This document shows positions 1-12,500 of a stretch of DNA of 64,000 bases, in pieces. The notes beneath the pieces are model-generated. The model was not told the DNA's origin. It worked only from the letters and a program-made list of their open reading frames with translations, and ran no database searches. How positions within the stretch are numbered: position 1 is the first letter of the stretch; every line of letters starts with the position of its first letter. The translations under genes and the position numbers were made by a program. The DNA is from Eledone cirrhosa (Eukaryota): the NCBI GenBank assembly GCA_964016885.1, contig OZ024743.1, positions 93,620,001 to 93,684,000 of the forward strand, in the 5' to 3' direction.

Positions 1-3000
1 TATTAATTTAGGTATATAACAGGTGAGAGAGATAATAACTTATAGTATATTAATTTAGGCTGATAACAGGTGAGAGAGATAATAACTTATAGTATATTAA
101 TTTAGGCTGATAACAGGTGAGAGATAATAACTTATAGTATATTAATTTAGGCTGATAACAGGTGAGAGAGATAATAACTTATAGTATATTAATTTAGGCT
201 GATAACAGGTGAGAGAGATAATAACTTATAATATATTAATTTAGGCTTATAACAGGTGAGAGAGATAATAACTTATAGTATATTAATTTAGGCTGATAAC
301 AGGTGAGAGAGATAATAACTTATAGTATATTAATTTAGGTATATAACAGGTGAGGGAGATAATAACTTATAGTATATTAATTTAGGCTGATGACAGGTGA
401 GAGAGATAATAACTTATAGTATATTAATTTAGGTATATAACAGGTGGGAGATAATAACTTATAGTATATTAATTTAGGTATATAACAGGTGAGAGAGATA
501 ATAGCTTATAGTATATTAATTTAGGCTGATAACAGGTGAGAGAGATAATAACTTATAGTATATTAATTTAGGTATATAACAGGTGAGAGAGATGATAACT
601 TATAGTATATTAATTTAGACTGATAACAGGTGAGAGAGATAATAACTTATAGTATATTAATTTAGGCTAATAACAGGTGAGAGAGATAATAACTTATAGT
701 ATATTAATTTAGGCTGATAACAGGTGAGAGAGATAATAACTTATAGTATATTAATTTAGGCTGATAACAGGTGAGAGAGATAATAACTTATAGTATATTA
801 ATTTAGGCTGATAACAGGTGAGAGAGATAATAACTTATAGTATATTAATTTAGGTTTATAACAGGTGAGGGAGATAATAACTTATAGTATATTAATTTAG
901 ACTGATAACAGGTGAGAGAGATAATAACTTATAGTATATTAATTTAGGCTGATAACAGGTGAGAGAGATAATAACTTATAGTATATTAATTTAGGTTTAT
1001 AACAGGTGAGGGAGATAATAACTTATAGTATATTAATTTAGACTGATAACAGGTGAGAGAGATAATAACTTATAGTATATTAATTTAGGTATATAACAGG
1101 TGTGGGAGATAATAACTTATAGTATATTAATTTAGGTATATAACAGGTGAGAGAGATAATAACTTATAGTATATTAATTTAGGCTGATAACAGGTGAGAG
1201 AGATAATAACTTATAGTATATTAATTTAGGCTGATAACAGGAGAGAGAGATAATAACTTATAGTATATTAATTTAGGTATATAACAGGTGAGAGAGATAA
1301 TAACTTATAGTATATTAATTTAGGCTTATAACAGGTGAGAGAGATAATAACTTATAGTATATTAATTTAGGTATATAACAGGTGAGAGAGATAATAACTT
1401 ATAGTATATTAATTTAGGTATATAACAGGTGAGAGAGATAATAACTTATAGTATATTAATTTAGGCTGATAACAGGTGAGAGAGATAATAACTTATAGTA
1501 TATTAATTTAGGCTGATAACAGGTGAGAGAGATAATAACTTATAGTATATTAATTTAGGCTGATAACAGGTGAGAGAGATAATAACTTATAGTATATTAA
1601 TTTAGGCTGATAACAGGTGAGAGAGATAATAACTTATAGTATATTAATTTAGGCTGATAACAGGTGAGAGAGATAATAACTTATAGTATATTAATTTAGG
1701 CTGATAACAGGTGAGAGAGATAATAACTTATAGTATATTAATTTAGGTATATAACAGGTGAGAGAGATAATAAGTTATAGTATATTAATTTAGGCTTATA
1801 ACAGGTGAGAGAGATAATAACTTATAGTATATTAATTTAGGTATATAACAGGTGAGAGAGATAATAACTTATAGTATATTAATTTAGGCTGATAACAGGT
1901 GAGAGAGATAATAACTTATAGTATATTAATTTAGGTATATAACAGGTGTGGGAGATAATAACTTATAGTATATTAATTTAGGTATATAACAGGTGAGAGA
2001 GATAATAACTTATAGTATATTAATTTAGGCTGATAACAGGTGAGAGAGATAATAACTTATAGTATATTAATTTAGGTATATAACAGGTGAGAGAAATAAT
2101 AACTTATAGTATATTAATTTAGGCTGATAACAGGTGAGAGAGATAATAACTTATAGTATATTAATTTAGGCTGATAACAGGTGAGAGAGATAATAACTTA
2201 TAGTATATTAATTTAGGTATATAACAGGTGAGAGAGATAATAACTTATAGTATATTAATTTAGGCTTATAACAGGTGAGAGAGATAATAACTTATAGTAT
2301 ATTAATTTAGGCTTATAACAGGTGAGAGAGATAATAACTTATAGTATATTAATTTAGGTATATAACAGGTGAGAGAGATAATAACTTATAGTATATTAAT
2401 TTAGGCTTATAACAGGTGAGAGAGATAATAACTTATAGTATATTAATTTAGGTATATAACAGGTGAGAGAGATAATAACTTATAGTAAATTAATTTAGGT
2501 ATATAACAGGTGAGAGAGATAATAACTTATAGTATATTAATTTAGGCTTATAACAGGTGAGAGAGATAATAACTTATAGTATATTAATTTAGGCTTATAA
2601 CAGGTGAGAGAGATAATAACTTATAGTATATTAATTTAGGTATATAACAGGTGAGGGAGATAATAACTTATAGTATATTAATTTAGGCTGATAACAGGTG
2701 AGAGAGATAATAACTTATAGTATATTAATTTAGGTATATAACAGGTGTGGGAGATAATAACTTATAGTATATTAATTTAGGTATATAACAGGTGAGAGAG
2801 ATAATAACTTATAGTATATTAATTTAGGTATATAACAGGTGAGAGAGATAATAACTTATAGTATATTAATTTAGGCTTATAACAGGTGAGAGAGATAATA
2901 ACTTATAGTATATTAATTTAGGTATATAACAGGTGAGAGAGATAATAACTTATAGTATATTAATTTAGGTATATAACAGGTGAGAGAGATAATAACTTAT

Positions 3001-6000
3001 AGTATATTAATTTAGGTATATAACAGGTGAGAGAGATAATAACTTATAGTATATTAATTTAGGCTGATAACAGGTGAGAGAGATAATAACTTATAGTATA
3101 TTAATTTAGGCTGATAACAGGTGAGAGATAATAACTTATAGTATATTAATTTAGGCTGATAACAGGTGAGAGAGATAATAACTTATAGTATATTAATTTA
3201 GGCTGATAACAGGTGAGAGAGATAATAACTTATAATATATTAATTTAGGCTTATAACAGGTGAGAGAGATAATAACTTATAGTATATTAATTTAGGCTGA
3301 TAACAGGTGAGAGAGATAATAACTTATAGTATATTAATTTAGGTATATAACAGGTGAGGGAGATAATAACTTATAGTATATTAATTTAGGCTGATGACAG
3401 GTGAGAGAGATAATAACTTATAGTATATTAATTTAGGTATATAACAGGTGGGAGATAATAACTTATAGTATATTAATTTAGGTATATAACAGGTGAGAGA
3501 GATAATAGCTTATAGTATATTAATTTAGGCTGATAACAGGTGAGAGAGATAATAACTTATAGTATATTAATTTAGGTATATAACAGGTGAGAGAGATGAT
3601 AACTTATAGTATATTAATTTAGACTGATAACAGGTGAGAGAGATAATAACTTATAGTATATTAATTTAGGCTAATAACAGGTGAGAGAGATAATAACTTA
3701 TAGTATATTAATTTAGGCTGATAACAGGTGAGAGAGATAATAACTTATAGTATATTAATTTAGGCTGATAACAGGTGAGAGAGATAATAACTTATAGTAT
3801 ATTAATTTAGGCTGATAACAGGTGAGAGAGATAATAACTTATAGTATATTAATTTAGGTTTATAACAGGTGAGGGAGATAATAACTTATAGTATATTAAT
3901 TTAGACTGATAACAGGTGAGAGAGATAATAACTTATAGTATATTAATTTAGGCTGATAACAGGTGAGAGAGATAATAACTTATAGTATATTAATTTAGGT
4001 TTATAACAGGTGAGGGAGATAATAACTTATAGTATATTAATTTAGACTGATAACAGGTGCGAGAGATAATAACTTATAGTATATTAATTTAGGTATATAA
4101 CAGGTGTGGGAGATAATAACTTATAGTATATTAATTTAGGTATATAACAGGTGAGAGAGATAATAACTTATAGTATATTAATTTAGGCTGATAACAGGTG
4201 AGAGAGATAATAACTTATAGTATATTAATTTAGGCTGATAACAGGAGAGAGAGATAATAACTTATAGTATATTAATTTAGGTATATAACAGGTGAGAGAG
4301 ATAATAACTTATAGTATATTAATTTAGGCTTATAACAGGTGAGAGAGATAATAACTTATAGTATATTAATTTAGGTATATAACAGGTGAGAGAGATAATA
4401 ACTTATAGTATATTAATTTAGGTATATAACAGGTGAGAGAGATAATAACTTATAGTATATTAATTTAGGCTGATAACAGGTGAGAGAGATAATAACTTAT
4501 AGTATATTAATTTAGGCTGATAACAGGTGAGAGAGATAATAACTTATAGTATATTAATTTAGGCTGATAACAGGTGAGAGAGATAATAACTTATAGTATA
4601 TTAATTTAGGCTGATAACAGGTGAGAGAGATAATAACTTATAGTATATTAATTTAGGCTGATAACAGGTGAGAGAGATAATAACTTATAGTATATTAATT
4701 TAGGCTGATAACAGGTGAGAGAGATAATAACTTATAGTATATTAATTTAGGTATATAACAGGTGAGAGAGATAATAACTTATAGTATATTAATTTAGGCT
4801 TATAACAGGTGAGAGAGATAATAACTTATAGTATATTAATTTAGGTATATAACAGGTGAGGGAGATAATAACTTATAGTATATTAATTTAGGCTGATAAC
4901 AGGTGAGAGAGATAATAACTTATAGTATATTAATTTAGGTATATAACAGGTGTGGGAGATAATAACTTATAGTATATTAATTTAGGTATATAACAGGTGA
5001 GAGAGATAATAACTTATAGTATATTAATTTAGGCTGATAACAGGTGAGAGAGATAATAACTTATAGTATATTAATTTAGGTATATAACAGGTGAGAGAGA
5101 TAATAACTTATAGTATATTAATTTAGGCTGATAACAGGTGAGAGAGATAATAACTTATAGTATATTAATTTAGGCTGATAACAGGTGAGAGAGATAATAA
5201 CTTATAGTATATTAATTTAGGCTGATAACAGGTGAGAGATATAATAACTTATAGTATATTAATTTAGGTATATAACAGGTGAGAGAGATAATAACTTATA
5301 GTATATTAATTTAGGTATATAACAGGTGAGGGAGATAATAACTTATAGTATATTAATTTAGGCTGATAACAGGTGAGAGAGATAATAACTTATAGTATAT
5401 TAATTTAGGTATATAACAGGTGAGAGAGATAATAACTTATAGTATATTAATTTAGGTATATAACAGGTGAGAGAGATAATAACTTATAGTATATTAATTT
5501 AGGCTGATAACAGGAGAGAGAGATAATAACTTATAGTATATTAATTTAGGTATATAACAGGTGAGAGAGATAATAACTTATAGTATATTAATTTAGGCTT
5601 ATAACAGGTGAGAGAGATAATAACTTATAGTATATTAATTTAGGTATATAACAGGTGAGAGAGATAATAACTTATAGTATATTAATTTAGGTATATAACA
5701 GGTGAGAGAGATAATAACTTATAGTATATTAATTTAGGCTGATAACAGGTGAGAGAGATAATAACTTATAGTATATTAATTTAGGCTGATAACAGGTGCG
5801 AGAGATAATAACTTATAGTATATTAATTTAGGTATATAACAGGTGAGAGAGATAATAACTTATAGTATATTAATTTAGGCTGATAACAGGTGAGAGAGAT
5901 AATAACTTATAGTATATTAATTTAGGCTGATAACAGGTGAGAGAGATAATAACTTATAGTATATTAATTTAGGCTGATAACAGGTGAGAGAGATAATAAC

Positions 6001-8265
6001 TTATAGTATATTAATTTAGGCTTATAACAGGTGAGAGAGATAATAACTTATAGTATATTAATTTAGGCTGATAACAGGTGAGAGAGATAATAACTTATAG
6101 TATATTAATTTAGGTATATAACAGGTGAGGGAGATAATAACTTATAGTATATTAATTTAGGCTGATAACAGGTGAGAGAGATAATAACTTATAGTATATT
6201 AATTTAGGTATATAACAGGTGAGAGAGATAATAACTTATAGTATATTAATTTAGGTATATAACAGGTGAGAGAAATAATAACTTATAGTATATTAATTTA
6301 GGCTGATAACAGGTGAGAGAGATAATAACTTATAGTATATTAATTTAGGCTGATAACAGGTGAGAGAGATAATAACTTACAGTATATTAATTTAGGCTGA
6401 TAACAGGTGAGAGAGATAATAACTTATAGTATATTAATTTAGGTATATAACAGGTGAGGGAGATAATAACTTATAGTATATTAATTTAGGCTGATAACAG
6501 GTGAGAGAGATAATAACTTATAGTATATTAATTTAGGCTGATAACAGGTGAGAGAGATAATAACTTATAGTATATTAAGTTAGGTATATAACAGGTGAGA
6601 GAGATAATAACTTATAGTATATTAATTTAGGTATATAACAGGTGAGAGAGATAATAACTTATAGTATATTAATTTAGGCTGATAACAGGAGAGAGAGATA
6701 ATAACTTATAGTATATTAATTTAGGTATATAACAGGTGAGAGAGATAATAACTTATAGTATATTAATTTAGGCTTATAACAGGTGAGAGAGATAATAACT
6801 TATAGTATATTAATTTAGGTATATAACAGGTGAGAGAGATAATAACTTATAGTATATTAATTTAGGTACATAACAGGTGAGAGAGATAATAACTTATAGT
6901 ATATTAATTTAGGCTAATAACAGGTGAGAGAGATAATAACTTATAGTATATTAATTTAGGCTGATAACAGGTGAGAGAGATAATAACTTATAGTATATTA
7001 ATTTAGGCTGATAACAGGTGCGAGAGATAATAACTTATAGTATATTAATTTAGGCTGATAACAGGTGAGAGAGATAATAACTTATAGTATATTAATTTAG
7101 GCTGATAACAGGTGAGAGAGATAATAACTTATAGTATATTAATTTAGGCTGATAACAGGTGAGAGAGATAATAACTTATAGTATATTAATTTAGGCTGAT
7201 AACAGGTGAGAGAGATAATAACTTATAGTATATTAATTTAGGCTTATAACAGGTGAGAGAGATAATAACTTATAGTATATTAATTTAGGCTGATAACAGG
7301 TGAGAGAGATAATAACTTAGAGTATATTAATTTAGGCTGATAACAGGTGAGAGAGATAATAACTTATAGTATATTAATTTAGGTATATAACAGGTGAGAG
7401 AGATAATAACTTATAGTATATTAATTTAGGCTTATAACAGGTGAGAGAGATAATAACTTATAGTATATTAATTTAGGCTGATAACAGGTGAGAGAGATAA
7501 TAACTTATAGTATATTAATTTAGGCTGATAACAGGTGAGAGAGATAATAACTTATAGTATATTAATTTAGGCTTATAACAGGTGAGAGAGATAATAACTT
7601 ATAGTATATTAATTTAGGCTGATAACAGGTGAGAGAGATAATAACTTATAGTATATTAATTTAGGCTGATAACAGGTGAGAGAGATAATAACTTATAGTA
7701 TATTAATTTAGGCTTATAACAGGTGAGAGAGATAATAACTTATAGTATATTAATTTAGGTATATAACAGGTGAGAGAGATAATAACTTATAGTATATTAA
7801 TTTAGACTGATAACAGGTGAGAGAGATAATAACTTATAGTATATTAATTTAGGCTGATAACAGGTGAGAGAGATAATAACTTATAGTATATTAATTTAGG
7901 CTGATAACAGGTGAGAGAGATAATAACTTATAGTATATTAATTTAGGCTGATAACAGGTGAGAGAGATAATAACTTATAGTATATTAATTTAGGTATATA
8001 ACAGGTGAGAGAGATAATAACTTATAGTATATTAATTTAGGCTGATAACAGGTGAGAGAGATAATAACTTATAGTATATTAATTTAGGCTTATAACAGGT
8101 GAGAGAGATAATAACTTATAGTATATTAATTTAAGCTTATAACAGGTGAGAGAGATAATAACTTATAGTATATTAATTTAGGCTGATAACAGGTGAGAGA
8201 GATAATAACTTATAGTATATTAATTTAGGTATATAACAGGTGTGGAGATAGTAACTTATAGTATA
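1..8265. repeat. 47-bp tandem satellite, about 175 copies, runs off the left edge
   Basis: Unit TATTAATTTAGG(TAT/CTG/CTT)ATAACAGGTGAGAGAGATAATAACTTATAGTA. Confidence 0.99.
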
Positions 8266-8268
8266 GAG

Positions 8269-9115
8269 CAGGCATGTCAAACTTGTGGTCCACAGGCCGC
8301 ATGCAGCCCTTAACAAGCACACCTGTGGCCCGCACGAAGGTTTTGACAGCGCAAGCATGTTTTATCTTGGTAAAATTAGTTGTAATGTGCGCAATTAGTT
8401 GTCATGTGTGGTCCTCAGACAACACATATGTGACCCTTGTGGCCCTCAGACAACACCTATGTGACCCTTGTGGCCCTCAGACAACACATATGTGACCCTT
8501 GTGGCCCTCAGACAACACCTATGTGACCCTTGTGGCCCTCAGACAACACATATGTGACCCTTGTGGTCCTCAGACAACACATATGTGACCCTTGTGGCCC
8601 TCAGACAACACCTATGTGACCATTATGGCCCTCAGACAACACATATGTGACCCTTGTGGCCCTCAGACAACACATATGTGACCCTTGTGGCCTTCAGACA
8701 ACACATATGTGACCCTTGTGGCCCTCAGACAACACCTATGTGACCCATGTGGCCCTCAGACAACACCTATTTGACCCATGTGGTCCTCAGACAACACCCA
8801 CGTGACCCTTGTGGCCCTCAGACAACATCTATGTGACCCATGTGGTCCTCAGACAACACATATGTGACCCTTGTGGCCCTCAGACAACACATATGTGACC
8901 CTTGTGGCCCTCAGACAACACCTATGTGACCCATGTGGCCCTCAGACAACACCTATGTGACCCATGTGGTCCTCAGACAACACCCATGTGACCCTTGTGG
9001 CCCTCAGACAACACCTATGTGACCCATGTGGCCCTCAGACAACACCTATGTGACCCATGTGGTCCTCAGACAACACCCATGTGGCCCTTGGGGAACCCTC
9101 AGTTTGACATGCCTG
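8269..9115. mobile_element. Non-autonomous hAT (Charlie/Buster-type) MITE with an internal minisatellite
   Basis: 15-bp perfect TIR CAGGCATGTCAAACT/AGTTTGACATGCCTG; perfect 8-bp TSD GTATAGAG (8261-8268, 9116-9123). Confidence 0.93.
8405..9090. repeat. 31-bp minisatellite, about 22 copies, inside the hAT MITE
   Basis: Unit TGTGACCC(T/A)TGTGG(C/T)CCTCAGACAACAC(A/C)TA. Confidence 0.97.
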
Positions 9116-9224
9116 GTATAGAGGACAATTGGAAGTTTTGATGAGATAGTTTACTGTGAACAACAGATATGTGACTGGTCCAGAGTATAGTGCCACTGAA
9201 TGCATCTTATTATGTGTAAATGTG

Positions 9225-9400
9225 AAGGTGCATAGTTTAGTGGTTAGAGAATTTGATTTGCAATCGAGAGGTTGTGAATTCAATTCCAGATTCAGGTGAT
9301 GTGTTATGTCCTTGAACAAGAAAGAGACTTTATTTCACATTGTTCTTTCTGCCTGGAGTTGCAGCCAGTAGATAGTATCAGCAATTGTTTCGTTGGTCCG
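9225..9400 (+). mobile_element. tRNA-derived SINE (related copies near 24230-24462 -, 28660-29125 -, 53422-53735 +)
   Basis: A-box-like TAGTTTAGTGG and B-box-like GAATTCAATTCC followed by a shared body (GTCCTTGAACAAG...TTTATTTCACATTG); boundaries approximate. Confidence 0.7.
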
Positions 9401-9524
9401 ATTTGATGAGTCCCACCCCACTCAGAAAATGAGGTCTGGGATCTTGTCAATTGAATCATTTAAAAAAATGTCTAAATTGATAAAGAAAACCAAGGTAAAT
9501 CAATGAAGGGGTGAATTAACTTAC

Positions 9525-9589
9525 CAATTTTTGGTTCCATTGATATAGGGGCAGAAAGTCATATCTTTTAATTCATTGATTGACAACAA
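9525..9589 (-). CDS. ABCG2: ABCG2-like exon, extracellular loop 3 ([21 protein letters not shown])
   Basis: 65 nt, cag|...|gtaag; NE...FCP motif and NGT sequon. Confidence 0.9.
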
Positions 9590-12500
9590 CTGGATTTATA
9601 AATAAGAGATATATTAAAATATGTAGAACTATGATGCAAACATTCATTCACAGACAGAATTAACCCTTTAGCATTTAAATTGACTGCATCCAGCCAGAAT
9701 TCTCCCACCTCTACCTGTTCAAACCAGCTGTAACCAGCTGCTCATACTGATGTTAAGCTATTGTTCTCAAAATAAATAATATCAAAATCTCGTAGATTCG
9801 ATATTATGTGAGGTAAAGCCTTTACCATGAAAATATAATAGTAAATATAGAGTAATGTAAATGCTAAAGGGTTAAAATAATTGGTCAATTGAAACATGTT
9901 GAATTATAAGATTTAAAAATATATACAATTATAGATGTTTATACACATTCCTACACATACATATATATATGCACAGGAATATTATTCAGTTGTGACAAAG
10001 AACAGTTTTTACAAGACAGACAGACAATAATATCTTGTACAGGTTCACAATCTTTTATCCGAAATTCTTTTCTATTTTTAAACATGTATTTGATAGACTG
10101 GAATGGAACTGAAGAAGAAAAAATGATGTCAATGTGTTGGAAGATAAAAAAACTTTAAAATCTACGCTTTTTAGCATAGATTTTCCATTCCAAAATTCGA
10201 AAACTGTCTGGTCCCAAGGTTTTCGGATAAGAGATTGTGAACCTGTACATCAGGAATGCAAATATGAAGCCAAATCAAGTGAGATGTTTTTTTCACACAC
10301 ACATACACACAAGCATAACATACATACACATATATGTGTATGTATCAACCAATAAAGACCTAGCCCTCACAAGGATTTATATAGCCGCTCACTCTGCTAG
10401 AAATAGCAGCCATACTCCCTATTCTATAGGGATTCAAACTCACAGACACCCACACACACACACACAGACAGACATCCTCAGGGAAGTGACGTAATGCAGA
10501 CAGCCAGACATACTGACAGATATTATAAGGGCGCGACGTTATATGTATGTATCTATCTAAAAAGAGAAAGACTAAGAATTATAGAGAGAGATCGCTAAAT
10601 TGCCTAATGTGGTCCCTAGGGCATTGAAAATTTGAAATTCTTTTTGCTCAGAACACTCCCTGAAACATAAGTATTACATGTGTAAAGTTTGAAAACAGTC
10701 GGTTGGGTAGTTCTCGAATTTTAGGGATTCAAACTCACACACACAGACATCCTCAGTTTTATATATATAGATCCGTGCACGAGTACACCACTCTTTATAT
10801 TAACTTTATCCCCTCAGAGCTTTGTAAACGTCTGAGAGATCAGCTACATATACATGGTGTTTGTTGACATTTAAAAAAGCTGGGATTTGGCTATCTAATT
10901 TAAGAAGATAAGAGATGTCACAACATCTTGGTTTAATGGTTTTAAGTGCCTAGCTGGTATCTAGAAGTTATGGGGTTCGATTCCTTATAGCAGCTGATGG
11001 CAACTTCTTTTTCCATCTTTAAGGGTCTTCACCCTATTTTATAAGCTATTTTATAGCATCTCCATGCATGAGCTAACTATTCTTTATATAATAATAATAA
11101 TAATAATAATGAAATATTGTGTACAGTGCTCAGGTGCACTACAACTCATCAAAAAGTGTATGTATAGTACATAAGGTAATGTACAAACGTCAGGAAAATG
11201 AACAGTGCATGAGTCATGATATACACGTGCGCATGTGTATGGAAGGGGGACATCAGGTGTAGTTTTGGCAAATTTCGGGAAGCATGAGGGTTTTAAAGGA
11301 TGCAGTGTCTTGGCAGCTAACAACTGACGCAGGCAGTTTGTTCCATGCTTCAGCAACTCTGAGCGTGAAAAAATGTTTCCGAAAGTCATGGGAGCTGTGC
11401 TGTTTTCTGACTTTGTAGGCATGACCACGTGTGTTAGACACATGGAGACCAAAAAGGTGCTCAGAGTTGTTGTTGGCGAGATGGTTAATAACTTTGTGGG
11501 TGTTTACCAAGTCCATTGCCAGACGTCGGAGCTTCAATGAATCCATGCCCAGGGAAGCAAGGCGTTCAGAGTATGGTAGGTGTCTGATGGAGGGTATGCG
11601 CTTGGTTGCACGTCTCTGAACAGTTTCCAGGAGGTCAATGTTCTGAGCAAGATAGGGGTTCCAGACTGATGATGCGAATTCCAAGTGTGGTCGTACCATA
11701 GCTGTATACAGCTTTAAATAGATGGCTGGAGAGCAGCTAACAAAGGTCTTGCTGAGTGATGCCAAGACACCCTCGGCCTTCTTGACAATCTTAGAGACAA
11801 GTTTTGTCCAATGCAAATCACTGCTGACAGTAATGTCCAGGTCACGTTCACAAGAGGATTTCTTGATATCAGTGTTGTGGAGGGAGTATGTGGACACTGG
11901 ATTTTTCCTCCCAAAATGCATGGTGGTACACTTGTCCACAGCCAGCTTCAGTTGCCAGTCTGTGATCCATTGCTGCATTGTGTCCAGGTCTGATTGTAGG
12001 AAAGAGTTATAGATTTCAGGATCTGTCCTTTTGATTTCAAGGTACAGCTTGATGTCATCTGCATATTTCAGTACTGTGACATTCTTTAAGTTGGCATCTA
12101 TTTCATTACTATATGCCACAAACAAAAGGAGACCAAGAACAGATCCCTGTGGTACACCAGATGACATCTCATATGGTGAAGAATGCTGTCCTAGAACCGT
12201 GACTACTTCTTTTCGGCTGAGAATGAAGGATTTCAACCAGTTAAAAAGATCATCCTTCACACCCATTGCAGAGAGTTTCGCCATAAGTCTTTTGTGTGGC
12301 ACAGAATTAAAAGCCTTAGCGAAGTCAAGGTAAACAACATCCACCCATGAGTCACTGTCAGTGATCCGGGTAATGTCTTCAAGGAACTCGATAAGCTGAT
12401 CACATAAATCCAAACTGCGAGGGCCGGATGAGGCTGTGAAAGCTCCAGAAGTTCCAAAGTGTTTCTGTGACACAGGATTCCATCAGTTTGGCAATACAGC

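Noticed and set aside
1-8265. CAG|GTGAGA donor-like motif in every satellite unit
   Set aside because: It is on the + strand, antisense to the host gene, with no evidence of a + strand transcript.
1-9090. CRISPR-like array in the 47-bp or 31-bp repeats
   Set aside because: Contiguous tandem units with no unique spacers, no cas genes, eukaryotic intron.
9225-9300. tRNA gene
   Set aside because: A/B boxes are present but no cloverleaf, and it continues into a SINE body.
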